Shown here piece after piece: positions 13,364 through 25,263 of a DNA stretch of 64,000 bases. The notes under the pieces were generated by a model. The model was not told the origin of the DNA, searched no databases, and worked only from the letters and a program-made list of their open reading frames with translations. Positions within the stretch are counted from its first letter, which is position 1. Each line of letters opens with the position of its first letter. The DNA is from Gracilinanus agilis (taxonomy: Eukaryota), in NCBI RefSeq assembly GCF_016433145.1, contig NC_058134.1, positions 131,344,765 to 131,408,764 on the forward strand. Reading direction: 5' to 3'. The position numbers were made by a program, and so were the translations under genes.

Positions 13364-13767
13364 TGTCAGGAGTTCGGGTCTCCCTCTTAGCTGTTGCCAT
13401 TCCACTCCAGTCAGGTGCTAGTCACACTTGGGAAATGGGTGTCACACCAACTATCAAGGTGCTTGTGTTACTACCTATGCCTTCCATCTGCGTTCTTCAC
13501 AAGTCTTTTTTCCGAAGCTCCCGCAGGTCTAAGGTCTCACGATTTTACTTGAACTTTGGAGCTTTCATTCTGCTCTACTCTGGAGTGTTTGGGTCTCTCT
13601 GGTTCTTGATTCCTGATCTGTGTTTGTATATTCTGATTTCGGCCTGCCTGTTCAATTCTGGCCTTTGGCCTGGTTCTAAACCTTGATACCGTCCTGAATT
13701 CTCAAGACTTGTTTCACTTTCTCTGTTTCTCCATCATATATCCACAACCCACGGCTACCTATTGACA
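13364..13767. mobile_element. Candidate solo-LTR-like element (404 bp, TGTCA...TGACA)
   Basis: 5-bp terminal inverted repeat (13364-13368 and 13763-13767), pyrimidine-rich + strand body, 8 CpGs. No TSD found. Confidence 0.35.
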
Positions 13768-13784
13768 GTAATTAAATGTGAAGT

Positions 13785-14631
13785 GACTGTGATATTTATA
13801 TTTATTTTTGTAACACTATTGGTAAAAACAATCTAAATGATGCCAAGTAAGAGTTATTCTCATAAAAAAAACATCTCATTTCAAAACAATTGTATTTCTA
13901 TTTTCCACAAAAAAAAAAAAGTTAAAATTACATGCTGGCAGAGGGTTAATCACTTAGCTGCACAATAAGATATCAGAAGAAAGTAAAAACAGAAAGTGAA
14001 CTATATTATTTTAACAATGCAAATAGACAGAACTAGAAAACTGACGGTAGTAAAATATAAAAATCTACAATTATAAATATAAATTTGGTCCATGGAAGAG
14101 TTACTAGAGCTGTATTTACAGTAAGTATCAGATTATTTCTACTTTAGGTGAATACTGTAGATGTAAAATATTGAATATTATAGAGAACAGCATTTTATTT
14201 ACAATAGGCTATATTAAAAGTTATATTTCTGGAAAACAATGAGGGTTGCTACAAATACAGCCATAAATCTGACCCTACAAACAAAAGTGTTTTATATGTC
14301 CTGGAGATCTCCTAGAATCTATAAATTTAGATTTTCAGTTAAAATCAAGCCTGATGGTAGGAAACTAATACTGAAAAAATAATACCACAATTCTGTTCAT
14401 AGAAACACTGTAAAATTCAGTCAATTTAGTTCAGACATAACAAATGGATTACAAGAAATCTTGCAAAAAGGCACACATTATTAATGATGTCAGTTTGGCA
14501 GTAAGATCATGTACCATCAAAAGTATTGTTGGTTGATGGGAAGTAAACAGATGACAGTGACTGGATAGGTTTTCCCATATAATTTAAGAATGAAAACAAT
14601 GATGTTCAACTGTAGGGACTGCTTCAGTGGG
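13785..14631 (-). other. PTPRZ1: PTPRZ1 3'UTR (~850 nt, AU-rich)
   Basis: Repeat-free AT-rich sequence between the stop codon and the poly(A) signal. Confidence 0.8.
13801..13806 (-). terminator. PTPRZ1: PTPRZ1 polyadenylation signal AATAAA
   Basis: Minus strand AAAAATAAATATAAATAT, similar to the remembered human 3' end, with GU-rich GTGGGTTGTGG downstream (13742-13752). Confidence 0.75.
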
Positions 14632-14772
14632 TTAAACTAAAGACTCTAAGCTCTCTGCCACGTTTCCATCGGGTAAAGCTGTGCCGTTGCTGTCCAGAGA
14701 TGTGGAAGGATTTTCTTCTTGCCTTGTGCTAACCAGACTGAGAATAGCTTTGTACAAAAACTGGTACTGTTC
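14632..14772 (-). CDS. PTPRZ1: PTPRZ1 exon 30 coding part: [46 protein letters not shown]
   Basis: Acceptor ttctctag/GAA, 141 nt, stop TAA at 14632-14634, PDZ-binding -S-L-V. Confidence 0.97.
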   Translation of the reverse strand, partial: EQYQFLYKAILSLVSTRQEENPSTSLDSNGTALPDGNVAESLESLV

Positions 14773-15008
14773 CTAGAGAATAGAAAAAGAAATGTGAAGG
14801 AAATGTAACTGATCTTAAGAAGAGCCGATAAGTATGTACATTAATAATTCTTTTAAAAATTAATTTAAACTTTTTTAATTCATAAAAATTTATTTTTTAC
14901 TTTTCTACCTCCCTCCTCCTGGGGGGGGGGGTTGGAAATTCTTGTAACAGACTTTTGTAGCAATTTTTTAATTGAAATAAAGGATCTGTGTAACCCTTTT
15001 AGACATTC

Positions 15009-15187
15009 TTTTTTTTTTAGTGCTTTTTTTTTTTTAAACTTCTGTGTATTGGCTCATAGGTGAAAGAGTGGTAAGGGTGGGCAATGGGGGTCAAGTGCCC
15101 AGGGTCACACAGCTGGGAAGTGTCTGAGGCCGGATTTGAACCTAGGACCTCCAGTCTGTAGGCCTGACTCTCAATCCAGCTGCCCCC
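15009..15187 (-). mobile_element. SINE-1_MD-like SINE
   Basis: Antisense copy with T tail, ending cagctgccccc. Confidence 0.85.
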
Positions 15188-16315
15188 TTTAGTCATCCTT
15201 TTAATACAATGTATTTGGGAACATCTTAATTGCAACTCAATTTTCTCTGAAGTTTCTTAAAGTCATGGAAAAATACTGATTTTTCAACTGGTAACTAGAT
15301 TCTATATTAACATCTCATGTTTGAGCATTGAGAAGTTGTAAGCTACAAAATTATTGGGCTGTGATAATTTTCATTATCTTCATCTATTAGTTATAGTTAC
15401 TGTTTCACTGTTAGTCTATTGAACCAGGGCTGCAGTTGGGTAGAACATGGGGCTGTGTCTCCAAACCACTAATGAGCTGAAAAAAAAAATCACTTAAGCC
15501 AAGAAACCAAATTAATAAACAAATTAGATTATTTGGAATTGTAGACAAAAGTGGTTGATGTAATTGTTCAGCTTTTAAGCCTACTTATTTTGCCCAGTCT
15601 CTCATTTTCTCATACCTCCAGCTAAACATTTCTTTGAATGCTGCATGCCTGGTTGTTCTGGATGTTCCAAATAGGCAGACCCACCCTTTGGAATTCTATT
15701 GCCTCATCATTTATTTAAGAGCCCAATGTGACCTGTCTTTCAGGTTAAGGACACTATATATTTAGAGACTGTAATTATGATAATAAACATCTGATTTTAC
15801 TTTCTCCTGTAGCTCTCATCCTGAAGACCCTTTTCTTGTTATCTGTAGATTTTTCTAGAGACATCATTTTCTTTGCATCTGGTCTTGGTTGTATTCATGG
15901 AAATTAACATTGCCTCTGGGTATGAGTATTCTGAACATTTCCTCAAAGTTAAAGACTTGGCATTGTGGAATTTCTTTAGGTATCCTGAGGTCAAATAGGT
16001 CCTGCTTAAGTATCAGTCTAAAGAAAATTCTAAGAGATTAAATAGAAGAAGCAGAAGGTCCTGCTTTTTAGACCCATGTTATTCCTCACAGGATTTGTTA
16101 ATGTGGGTTAATGACTATTTTCACAACTGATAACCAGGAAAGCCCCATTTAATATAAATCAATTTTCCTTTTTGATCCAGATCCATGATTTCATCAGTTT
16201 TCTAGTAATGCATTTAAAAGGCTGTTAAATTTAGAAGGATCTCTCTCTCTCTGTCATCTGTCTGCTTATCTATCTGTCTGTCTGTCTACACATATGCATA
16301 TATATGTATACTCAC

Positions 16316-16451
16316 AATGTCTGTGAAGACACCAGGCCTCATCAAATTTATCATCTTGGCTACATGGTAAACATCCACAGAATTCTCCTTTTCTAGTTGG
16401 TGCATAAGGGTTGTCAGTGCACAGAAGGTTCCTGCTGTCACTCCTCCATGC
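16316..16451 (-). CDS. PTPRZ1: PTPRZ1 exon 29: (E)[45 protein letters not shown]
   Basis: aaag/G...ATT/gtgagt, 136 nt, phase 2 to 0. Confidence 0.97.
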
Positions 16452-16860
16452 CTTTGTGGAAAGGGAAGTGGTCAAAAGCTTTATTTAAAAAGCATTACTA
16501 TCATATGCTTCATAGTTCACTAGGGATATCAGCTTGTGAAAGAATCAATCACATTTCTTAACGTATCTTCTCTTGCCACCTCATTATATAGAGAGCTATG
16601 CTTTGGGATGAAAGCCCTCACAGGTTAAATGGGCAATGGGGACATTCTATAGAAACTTGTAGGTTTTTCATCTTGATACTGTGGGACCGGAAATAAATAA
16701 AATATCACCTGGACAACGAAAGATCAGCCATCTAAGAATATACCCAGCGTGCACGGCTCTATTTGTTCTTAACATAAGAATATGATGTAAAAGGACAAAG
16801 TTAATATATATATACACACACATATATATAATAAGCAAATAAATAAATATATGTATATAT

Positions 16861-17080
16861 GTGTGTGTGTGTGTGTGTGTATACACACACACTGAGTATA
16901 TGTTACAGTAAAACCAATCTTGGATGAAGATTCTATAGCCTCTCTTTGCTAAACACACACACACACAAATGTGTGTGTGTGTGTATGCGTGTGTGTGTGT
17001 GTATACACATTCACTGAGTATATGTTACAGTAAAACCAATCTTGCATGAAGATTCTATAGCCTCTTAGCAAAGGCTAAAC
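16861..17080 (+). repeat. 122-bp-period tandem duplication with (TG)n/(CA)n microsatellite junctions
   Basis: 16890-16943 versus 17012-17065: 53/54 identical. Confidence 0.9.
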
Positions 17081-17479
17081 TTTTATTTTTGTCTTTAGAT
17101 CAAGGCAACTGATGTAGAAAATCATGTTCAATAGTTAAGGTATAAAGTTGCAAAGTCAGATGCTTATCAAAAGTATTCTTGGCTTCATTAAGTTTCAAAA
17201 GTTGACTCTAAAGAGGCAGGTAAGCCTTAGTTTCTTGATAATATGAAGCTCCAGGAGGATCTCTCCAGTGGGAGAAGGGGGGGAGCAGCGCCTTACAAAG
17301 GAAAATACTCCTTGTATTATCCCTTAGTAAAGTTATCAATAATAGGAATCATATATGTAGTATATGTATACAAAAACACAGGCAGACAAATGGGTACAAA
17401 CCCAGAGTACGCAACTGCTTTTCCATTTCTAAGGGAAGGGGATTAGATTAAAAAAATGGATTTAAAATTGAGGACTTAC

Positions 17480-17622
17480 TCATCATGAACAATCATGGGT
17501 CCATCCCTATTGGAGGCTTCTTCTTTGATGATACTTATAAGCTCAAAAGTTTTACTAATGGAACTATCAGGATTTGGCCATTTGGGGCACTGAAAGTGTC
17601 TTACTTCAAGTACGTAGTCATC
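17480..17622 (-). CDS. PTPRZ1: PTPRZ1 exon 28: [47 protein letters not shown](E)
   Basis: caatag/GAT...GA/gtaagt, 143 nt. D2 has WPN, and Asp replaces the catalytic Cys. Confidence 0.97.
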
Positions 17623-17747
17623 CTATTGAGAAGAAGAAACAATGAACATCTTTTATGGAACATTTTATTCATTATTTTATCACGAGATAACTATGAAAAG
17701 CCAGAAATTGTGAAAGGATCATTAAGTCAGAGGGATATTTCTTGGAG

Positions 17748-17980
17748 GCAGCTAGGTGACACCATGGATAGAGTGTCTGAGACTTGAAGTCATGAAGACC
17801 TGAGTTCAGACCCTAGAGACCCTCAGCAAGTCACTTAATCCCATTTGAGTCCATTTCCTCATCTATAAAATGACTTGGAGAAGAAGGAAATGGCAAACCT
17901 CTCCAGTATCTTTGCCAAGAAACTACCAAATGGAGTCATGAAGAGTTGGACACGACTGAAATGACTGAACAAACAACAAT
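17748..17980 (+). mobile_element. MAR1-like SINE
   Basis: ggcagctaggtg head, RTE tail ending gactgaaatgactgaacaaacaacaa. Confidence 0.85.
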
Positions 17981-18473
17981 TAAATCAGATGACAAGAGAG
18001 TAATAGGAATATTTCATCTCTCAATTAGAAGAAGGATGCCTTTATATCAAGAGACTCTATGTATGCATTGAAAGAATGGGAAAAAAATTACTCCCCAAGT
18101 GAATAGTTCAAGCCAACTCTAGATTGGATGATGGCAGTCCCTAACAAAGGATATCGATATTGATAATAGTTATTGTTGTTATGGCATGTTTCCATATTAG
18201 ACTGCTAGCTTTTTTGGGGTAGAGACAACGTCTTAAATTTTGTATTTGAACTCAGGTCTCTCTGACTCCAAGCTCAATGTTCTATCCACTGATCCACTTT
18301 GCTGCCTCTAATACATCCCCACATACATATATGTGCACTTAATGCACACATAAATATGTAGTAGGTATAAATATACATGCTTCTATACATATATGTATGA
18401 ATATATATTTAACAGATAAATAAAATAATATCTGCCCCCATAAATTTAGCATTTAAAGTTACATCTTCAATAC

Positions 18474-18620
18474 CTGTGTAGCTTCTAAGATAAAGTCTTG
18501 AATTATCAATTTCTCTTCATTAGAGAGACATTTATATTCTTCAGCAATCATGGTAACCTTAAAGCTCTCGCAATTTATAGGCTCATCCTTATTTGGCCAG
18601 TAAACAAATTCATCTTCTGC
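18474..18620 (-). CDS. PTPRZ1: PTPRZ1 exon 27: [49 protein letters not shown]
   Basis: ttccttacag/GCA...CAG/gtattg, 147 nt, phase 0-0. Confidence 0.97.
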
Positions 18621-20226
18621 CTGTAAGGAATGGAAAAGTAATACGATTTAGCTACTTTATTTGCAGCACTGGGAGCACTATTCTACAGAAAGTCAAGTAG
18701 CATTAATAGTGCATCATTTATATAAATTTTTCATGTCCCAAAGGTCAAAGTGTGAAATGAAGCTAATTGCTTGAAAGAGAAGATTCGATTCTTCCTTTGC
18801 TTTTAAAGCCCATTTTAACTCTTATAAACTTCCCTGATGCTAAGGCCATACTGACATGTGAAGAATAAAACAAGACTCTTAAGAAGATGCAGCACTTGAC
18901 ACTTAGTTATTTGGGAACAAGCCTCACAGCCTTGCCATTTTGTTTTCCAATCATCTCAAACACCTTGGCACATTCGCCGCTCTCATCAACAATGGCAGAA
19001 GAGAGTGAAGAGACTCCTGTGGCCCAGCACTGTCAGAGGAATGTGTGAATTTGGAGCCCCAGGAGCTATGAATCCCAAGGCCTTCTAGAGACAGACGAAA
19101 ACCCAGAATCACACAATCATCTGTTTTTTACTTTTGCAGTAGGACAGGAAAGGGTTCCATAAAACAGCTATTAGGAGATGGTTTTACTTTTCTCACACAG
19201 AGAAAGCATTTGACAAAATCTGAACCTTGATGCGTGGGTATGTGTGTCTATGTGCGTGTTCCAAGTCCTAAATAGGGGAAAAGATCATTTTAAATGACTT
19301 CAAATGAAGTCTGTAAGAATGCATGTAGGAACTGCTATCCGAATGATTCTCCAAATAATGATGTCTCATTTCAAGGAGTGCCTTCAAGACTGAAAATTAA
19401 ACTATTTAAAAATTCGTATTATTAGTTTTAAAGGAGGTAGGGCAAACCCTCCAAAACAACAAAATATATCTTATGATACTTTAAGGACTAGAGAGAAGGT
19501 GTCACGAAGTCCAGGCAATAATGGAGAGGTTCATCTCTCTACTGACACTTTTCTAATTGGAAACACACACAACACTGTAAAAGAGAGATGCTTAACGTGG
19601 TGGCGTTATTTGGTTTTGTTTTATATTGTTAAAATTTCCTTTATGTATTTATTCACATCCTAAGATTTCATTACAATAGAAGACAAGTTCTATAAGGACA
19701 CGAGCAGTTTTGTTTTGGGGCTTTGAATCTCTAGGGCCTTGTATAGAGCTGCTGTTGGTTCAACCCAGTTGAATTGACTGCCATGTACTAGGTACCAGGC
19801 CAGGCACTTGGGATGCCAAGGCAAAAATAAAGTAAGACTTGTCCTCAAGGACTTCACATTCAAACAGGAGATGGGGAAACAACACACACATAGATAATTC
19901 AGCACAAAATGTATGCCAGAAAACAACCAAAGCAACCAAAATATATGTTTCTGGGAGAGAGGGCAAGTCTTTTGTGAAGGGGAATTTGTTGACCACAGAA
20001 AGGTCATTAAAGAGGGCGTAGTGGAAGCTCAGGTCATCCTAGGATAAGGACAAGGTGGGGAATAGGGCCGAAATCCATGGTTATGAGGCAGTGGGGAGTG
20101 GTGACAAAAGAAGAGAACTTTGGCCCAAGAAACCAAGTGAATTAATTCTTATTAATTTTGTTGCAAGCTGTTTGAGATGACCGCTTCCTTGTAACCTGGG
20201 ATATAGAAAAGACAGGAACGCCTTAC

Positions 20227-20355
20227 CATGTTCTGGCTCTCTGGCAGCATGACTATGAGCTGGGCATTATGATCCCATATCATCCTCCAGAAGTCTTTAA
20301 TGGTGTGTAGCAGGGGATGCTGAGTGATGATGAACTCGTTACTTTGATAATAACC
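20227..20355 (-). CDS. PTPRZ1: PTPRZ1 exon 26: [43 protein letters not shown]
   Basis: ttttgtag/GGT...ATG/gtaagg, 129 nt, phase 0-0. Confidence 0.97.
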
Positions 20356-20924
20356 CTACAAAACCAAAAAGGCTAACTGAGAAGGCAAAGACTAACTGCT
20401 AGAGACGAAGACAAATAAACAGAATCAATATGGCTATGCTGTTCGTTGAGTCTAGTGACTTATTAGTATTTATTATTTTATTTAGTTTATATTTATTTAT
20501 TTCATTTATATTTATTTAGTATTTAGCAGTATTAGGAAATTCACATATGCCAGAATTTTTTTTAACATTTTTAACATTTAACATTCCATATTGGGGAAGT
20601 CTTTCATATTAGATCAATTTTCATCAGTATCAGAGGTTTTATACCAGAGAGTAATCTAAAGAAGGTCCTGAATTAGGGGAAAAACTCAGTGAAGTCTTTG
20701 AATAATATGACAGATATTATAAGGTCCTTGATGGGGAGAGCCAGTACTTGTTTAGACTTTGTTAAAACCTAAATGAGTGAAAATGAATTAATTAGTTGAA
20801 TTAAAAAAAACAAATACGACCAACCAAAAAAACCTAAGTGAGTAAAATATGATTACTCTCTTCTATCTGCTACCAAATAAAAAAATATTTCACCCATTGA
20901 ATGTGATTAAAAACTATCAGAAGA

Positions 20925-21160
20925 GCAGCTAGGTGGCACAGTGAATAGAGGGCTTAAGGTTAGCAAAACCTGAATTCAAAACAAGCCTCAGATACTACCT
21001 GTGTGACACTAGGCAAGCTACTTAATTCTATTTGCCTCAGTTTCCTCATCTATAAAATGAGCTGGAGAAGGAAATGACAAACCACTCCAGTATCTTTGCC
21101 AAGAAAACCCCAAATGGTGTCACAAAGAGTCTGACATGACTGAAAAAACAGATGAACAAA
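20925..21160 (+). mobile_element. MAR1-like SINE
   Basis: gcagctaggtggcacagtg head, core, RTE tail. Confidence 0.85.
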
Positions 21161-21526
21161 AACCATTAGAAGGGTATCTATTTATAACTTAATGGAAACT
21201 AAGGCAAAAAGGTATTTTGAATTTTGTTCCTGGTGAAAAATCTGAGAAAAGATGAAGCAGATAATCAAAACACAAAAAGCTTGCACATAATTATGGACAT
21301 TGCTACAGGACCTATTTAGCTAAATAAAGCAGTGAATAAACGAAGAGCAAATGATTGATTGTTCCCTTAAACTAGCACATTTCCAGTGTTTGCAGGCAGT
21401 AGATTCAGGAACGTGGGCTTTACTTTGTGTTTATCATCCTAATGTCAGAAGGCTAAACTTATCTTATATATCCAGATACAGCACAAATGTGTCTGATTGG
21501 ACAGTTTGTCTTTCTTGTTTTCTTTA

Positions 21527-21676
21527 GGGAAGGAAGGAAGAAAGGGAGAGAGGGAAGAAAAAAAGAAGGGAGGGAGAGAAGGAAGGGAAGGAAGGAAGGA
21601 AGGAAAGAAGGAAAAGAAGGAAGTAAAGGAAAGAAAGCAGGGAAGGAGGGAGGAAAAGAAGGAGGGAGGGAAGAAA
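21527..21676 (+). repeat. Polypurine (AAGG/GGAG)n tract
   Basis: About 150 nt made only of A and G apart from a single T. Confidence 0.95.
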
Positions 21677-21789
21677 TAGGTACTTATTAAGTCCCTACTA
21701 TGTGTCAGTCACTACACTAAGTGCTTGACAGATTTGATCCTTAAAATTATCTTGGGAGGTAGGGGCTATTCTTATCCCCATGGTTGAGG

Positions 21790-22023
21790 ATTTTGTTCAG
21801 CTGTGTTTGACTTTTGTGACCCCATTCAGAGTGTTTTTGGCAAAAATACTGGAGTGGTTTGTTATTTTCTCCTCCAGCTTATTTTACAGATGATGAAACT
21901 GAGGCCAAAAGTGATTGCCCAAGGTCACACAGCTGGTAAGAGTCTGAGGCCAGATTTGAACTCAGGAAGAGGAGTCTTCCTGATTCCAGGCTTGGCACTC
22001 TCCACTCTGCCACCTAGCTGCCT
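21790..22023 (-). mobile_element. MAR1-like SINE nested in an older MIR (~21680-22160)
   Basis: The MIR halves are separated by this element. Imperfect TSD atggttgagga / atgattgagga. Confidence 0.8.
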
Positions 22024-22185
22024 ATGATTGAGGAAACTGAGGCAGATAGCAGTTAAGTGACTTCCCCAGGGTCACACAGTTAGTAGTTGTCAGTGGCTGG
22101 ATCTGAATTCAAGGCTTCCTGATTCCGGGGCCAGTTGGAGTCAACTATGCCCTCTAGTTGCCTCTAATATCATTGGTTATTTGGA

Positions 22186-22382
22186 CTAGTGATGTCAAAC
22201 TCAAATAAAAATTTTAATCCATACTTAATTATGCCTGCTAACCACATACAGATTCAATTTTAAAAGTTAATGTTTATGTTTTGTAGTATTTTTATTTATT
22301 TTATTAAACATTTCCCAATTACATTTTAATTTGGTTTGGGCTGAACTCAGGAGTGTGATGGGCTATAGTAAGACATCTCTGA
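22186..22382. mobile_element. Probable hAT-type non-autonomous DNA transposon (MITE)
   Basis: Ends tagtgatgtcaaac ... agacatctctg resemble degenerate hAT TIRs; AT-rich interior. Confidence 0.45.
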
Positions 22383-22840
22383 TTTGGACCCCACATGACC
22401 AGTTACACAGACTTAAATTTCAAGCTCTCACAGTTTCTGGAGAGGTGGGACCTAAAGTGCCCTCCCTTTCCCCGAGGGGGGGTCTTTAACTAACACTTTC
22501 ATTGAAGTTCAGGGCAGTCTTGTCATCCCATTGAGAAAAAGGTCATATATTCCTGAGTGAGTCTAGCAGTAAAAGTGTGTCCAGCACCCAGCAGTGGAGA
22601 AGTAGGTGCTATTTCATTTGGTGACGAGTAATGCTATCCTTATACTTCTGTGTGTCTACTTGTGCTATACACATTCTTCTGAGTAGGTGTCCTGATCCTA
22701 ATCTGGAATGATGCTTGACAGTCCAGAGAGCAAAAACCAGGGTTGAAGGGGAAGAAATATGAAATGTATTCTCTTCTTTGCCCTTTCCCTTTCTAGTTCC
22801 CTCCCCTGCCGCCCTCTCTGTCTCTATCTCTCCTCCCCAC

Positions 22841-23010
22841 NNNNNNNNNNNNNNNNNNNNNNNNNNNNNNNNNNNNNNNNNNNNNNNNNNNNNNNNNNNN
22901 NNNNNNNNNNNNNNNNNNNNNNNNNNNNNNNNNNNNNNNNNNNNNNNNNNNNNNNNNNNNNNNNNNNNNNNNNNNNNNNNNNNNNNNNNNNNNNNNNNNN
23001 NNNNNNNNNN
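22841..23010. other. Assembly gap (170 N)
   Basis: N run next to a CT-rich simple repeat. Confidence 1.
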
Positions 23011-23160
23011 CTTCTTGAGCAGCTTCCTCCTAGCCTCCTGCCCCAAGACCTGTTAGTGTCCTGCTCAAACCAATATATGTAGGTGAACCCCCTTCTCCCC
23101 TCCTGCTTCTATTAAGCACAGACATTGGGGGAAGATTCAGCCGCATCTCACATGACTTAC

Positions 23161-23234
23161 CATGATATAAGAGGCATTGATGTAATCTGTGCCTTCCCCT
23201 GTCAGTGAGGAGATGCCAACCCTCGACCTTTCCA
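23161..23234 (-). CDS. PTPRZ1: PTPRZ1 exon 25: (V)[24 protein letters not shown]
   Basis: ttacag/TG...ATG/gtaagt, 74 nt, phase 1 to 0. Confidence 0.97.
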
Positions 23235-23655
23235 CTGTAACAAAGAATGTTCGTTGTGAACTAATATGCTGATGGAACAGTTTCAATTACTCTGATAATT
23301 TTTAAGCGAGGATGCTTTCAACAAGTGCTTTGAACATCTCACCTGTTTTCTTCTTTCAAAAACGGCTTCAAGTATTCAACATTCCTTTATTTAAGACAAT
23401 ATTTCATTTCCCCCCAATTACATGTAAAAATAATTTTTAACATTCACTTTTTAAAATTTTGAGTTCCAAATTTCATTATTCCCTTATTACAAATGCTGGA
23501 ACATTCTACTACATTCTATTCCAGCACAGCCTTGGAAAGGCACATGGATTCTAAGGGATGCTAAATTTCTCAGTCTAACTGTAATCCATATAGTTTATAG
23601 GAATCTTCAGAAAAAGCGAGTTTGACTGACTATTAAGCATACATAATAACCCTAC

Positions 23656-23749
23656 CAGGAATGATGGATGAAGTTCTGTTCTTCTCCCTATTACACTGTT
23701 TCAGGGCTGTAGAATAATCACACTGCTGTATATTAGACTGACTCAGAAG
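23656..23749 (-). CDS. PTPRZ1: PTPRZ1 exon 24: [31 protein letters not shown](V)
   Basis: ttttttcag/CTT...G/gtaggg, 94 nt. Confidence 0.97.
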
Positions 23750-25263
23750 CTGAAAAAAATGAGGAAAAAGAAAAAATAGGATTGGTAGATATGAGTAACT
23801 CAGTAAAACATGAAATGTTAACACATTTGGCTTGTCCTTGTTGAGTACATCCAATTTTAATGGATAACCTCAGATAGCTAATTCCTTGCTACAGTACCAC
23901 CCCATGTAGAGTAGGAAGAAGCAGAACACCCAGCCTCCCATTTGAGTTCTTTGAGTAGAGAAGATCTCTCTGTGGCCTCCATACTCTCTGAAATTTTGGT
24001 AATGTTGGTCCTTCCCCTCTGCTCTCATCCCACACTCTAGAGTGAAAATCAGTTGAATGCTATTAAATTTATCACACTCTAAATTGGAAATCATCATGAA
24101 ACAGACTGGATGACTAAAATTTAGTTTTACTTCATTGCTTGGAATTAAAGAGGTAGTACAGAATAGAGTCAGATGATTTGATTTTAAATAATGATTTGTT
24201 ATTTATAGAACTTTGAACAACTTTCTTGAACTCTCTTGGTCTCCATTTCATTATTTGCAAAAAAAATTAATATAAAAAACAAACAACAAAGAATTTTATC
24301 TCTAAGGACTGGGCTAGTACTTATTCCCATGAATGAGGGACCTTGAAGCCATTATTATAGTAAATTATGTATATATAGTGTAAATATAAATATATAAATT
24401 TATTATATGTCTCTATACTAGTAATATTTTATATGTGTTTATTATACATTTGCATATATATAGTGTAGGTGGAGCTATAATGGGAAGGAGAAATACTATA
24501 CTGATATTCTGTATTGTTGCTTTTTTTTTCTGCTTTGGAAGGAAACATAGATTCCCAGATTTTATAGTGAAAGAGGCTTCCTGAATCCCCCCACCCCAAA
24601 TTCTATCTCATAACTCAGATTTGTAATTCATTATAGAATGGAAAAACATTTATTAAGTATTCTCAGAGAATTCACTTTTTAATGAAAGGTGACAATTCAT
24701 AAAGGAAGGTTCTGCCTAAACATGCCAGGCTCTGAATTAGGTAAAACTTGATTTGGTTCCTTCCCAGTTTGACTTCCTAAAACTTGCCTATTAAGTCAAA
24801 GATGCTTTATTGATAAGTTGGTGGAAAGAATTCTGCCAAAGAATGTAGATGTATATATGTGCATCCTCCTAGTCAAGGAAGGTCCTTATTAAAGTTTGGA
24901 ACTAATCATCCTGAATAGATTGATGGAAAAAGCATGTACGTTGGAGATGACCAAGATGTATATATCTTCAAAGGTTAGAAGGGACACAAGATAGAGTAAG
25001 GATGACTTATTGGGCTTGACACTCTAGGTGTCAGCACTGGGCAGAATAAATGGAACTTACGGAGGGAATTTACAAACGCATAGGATCTTAGAGATGTAGG
25101 AGATCTAAAAAAACCATCTCCTTCAACCCAGACCTCATCCAGCCTTTGCTTGAAGACCTCTTGTGAAGGTAGGGGAAGGGTTCTATTTCAAAGTACAGCT
25201 CATTTCATTTTGGGCCAATTCCACATCTTACTGTCTTAGTTTAACTCTTATATAAGGAAAATC

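Noticed and set aside
13363-13686. 107-aa + strand ORF
   Set aside because: GTG start, no recognisable domain, no splice context, and it lies in the LTR-like block. Probably chance.
14921-14931. G11 run near the last exon (possible G-quadruplex)
   Set aside because: A single run within a degraded L1-like 3' remnant, reading as C on the pre-mRNA. No supporting G-tracts.
21487-21690. K/E/G/R-rich ORFs
   Set aside because: Translation of the (AAGG)n tract.
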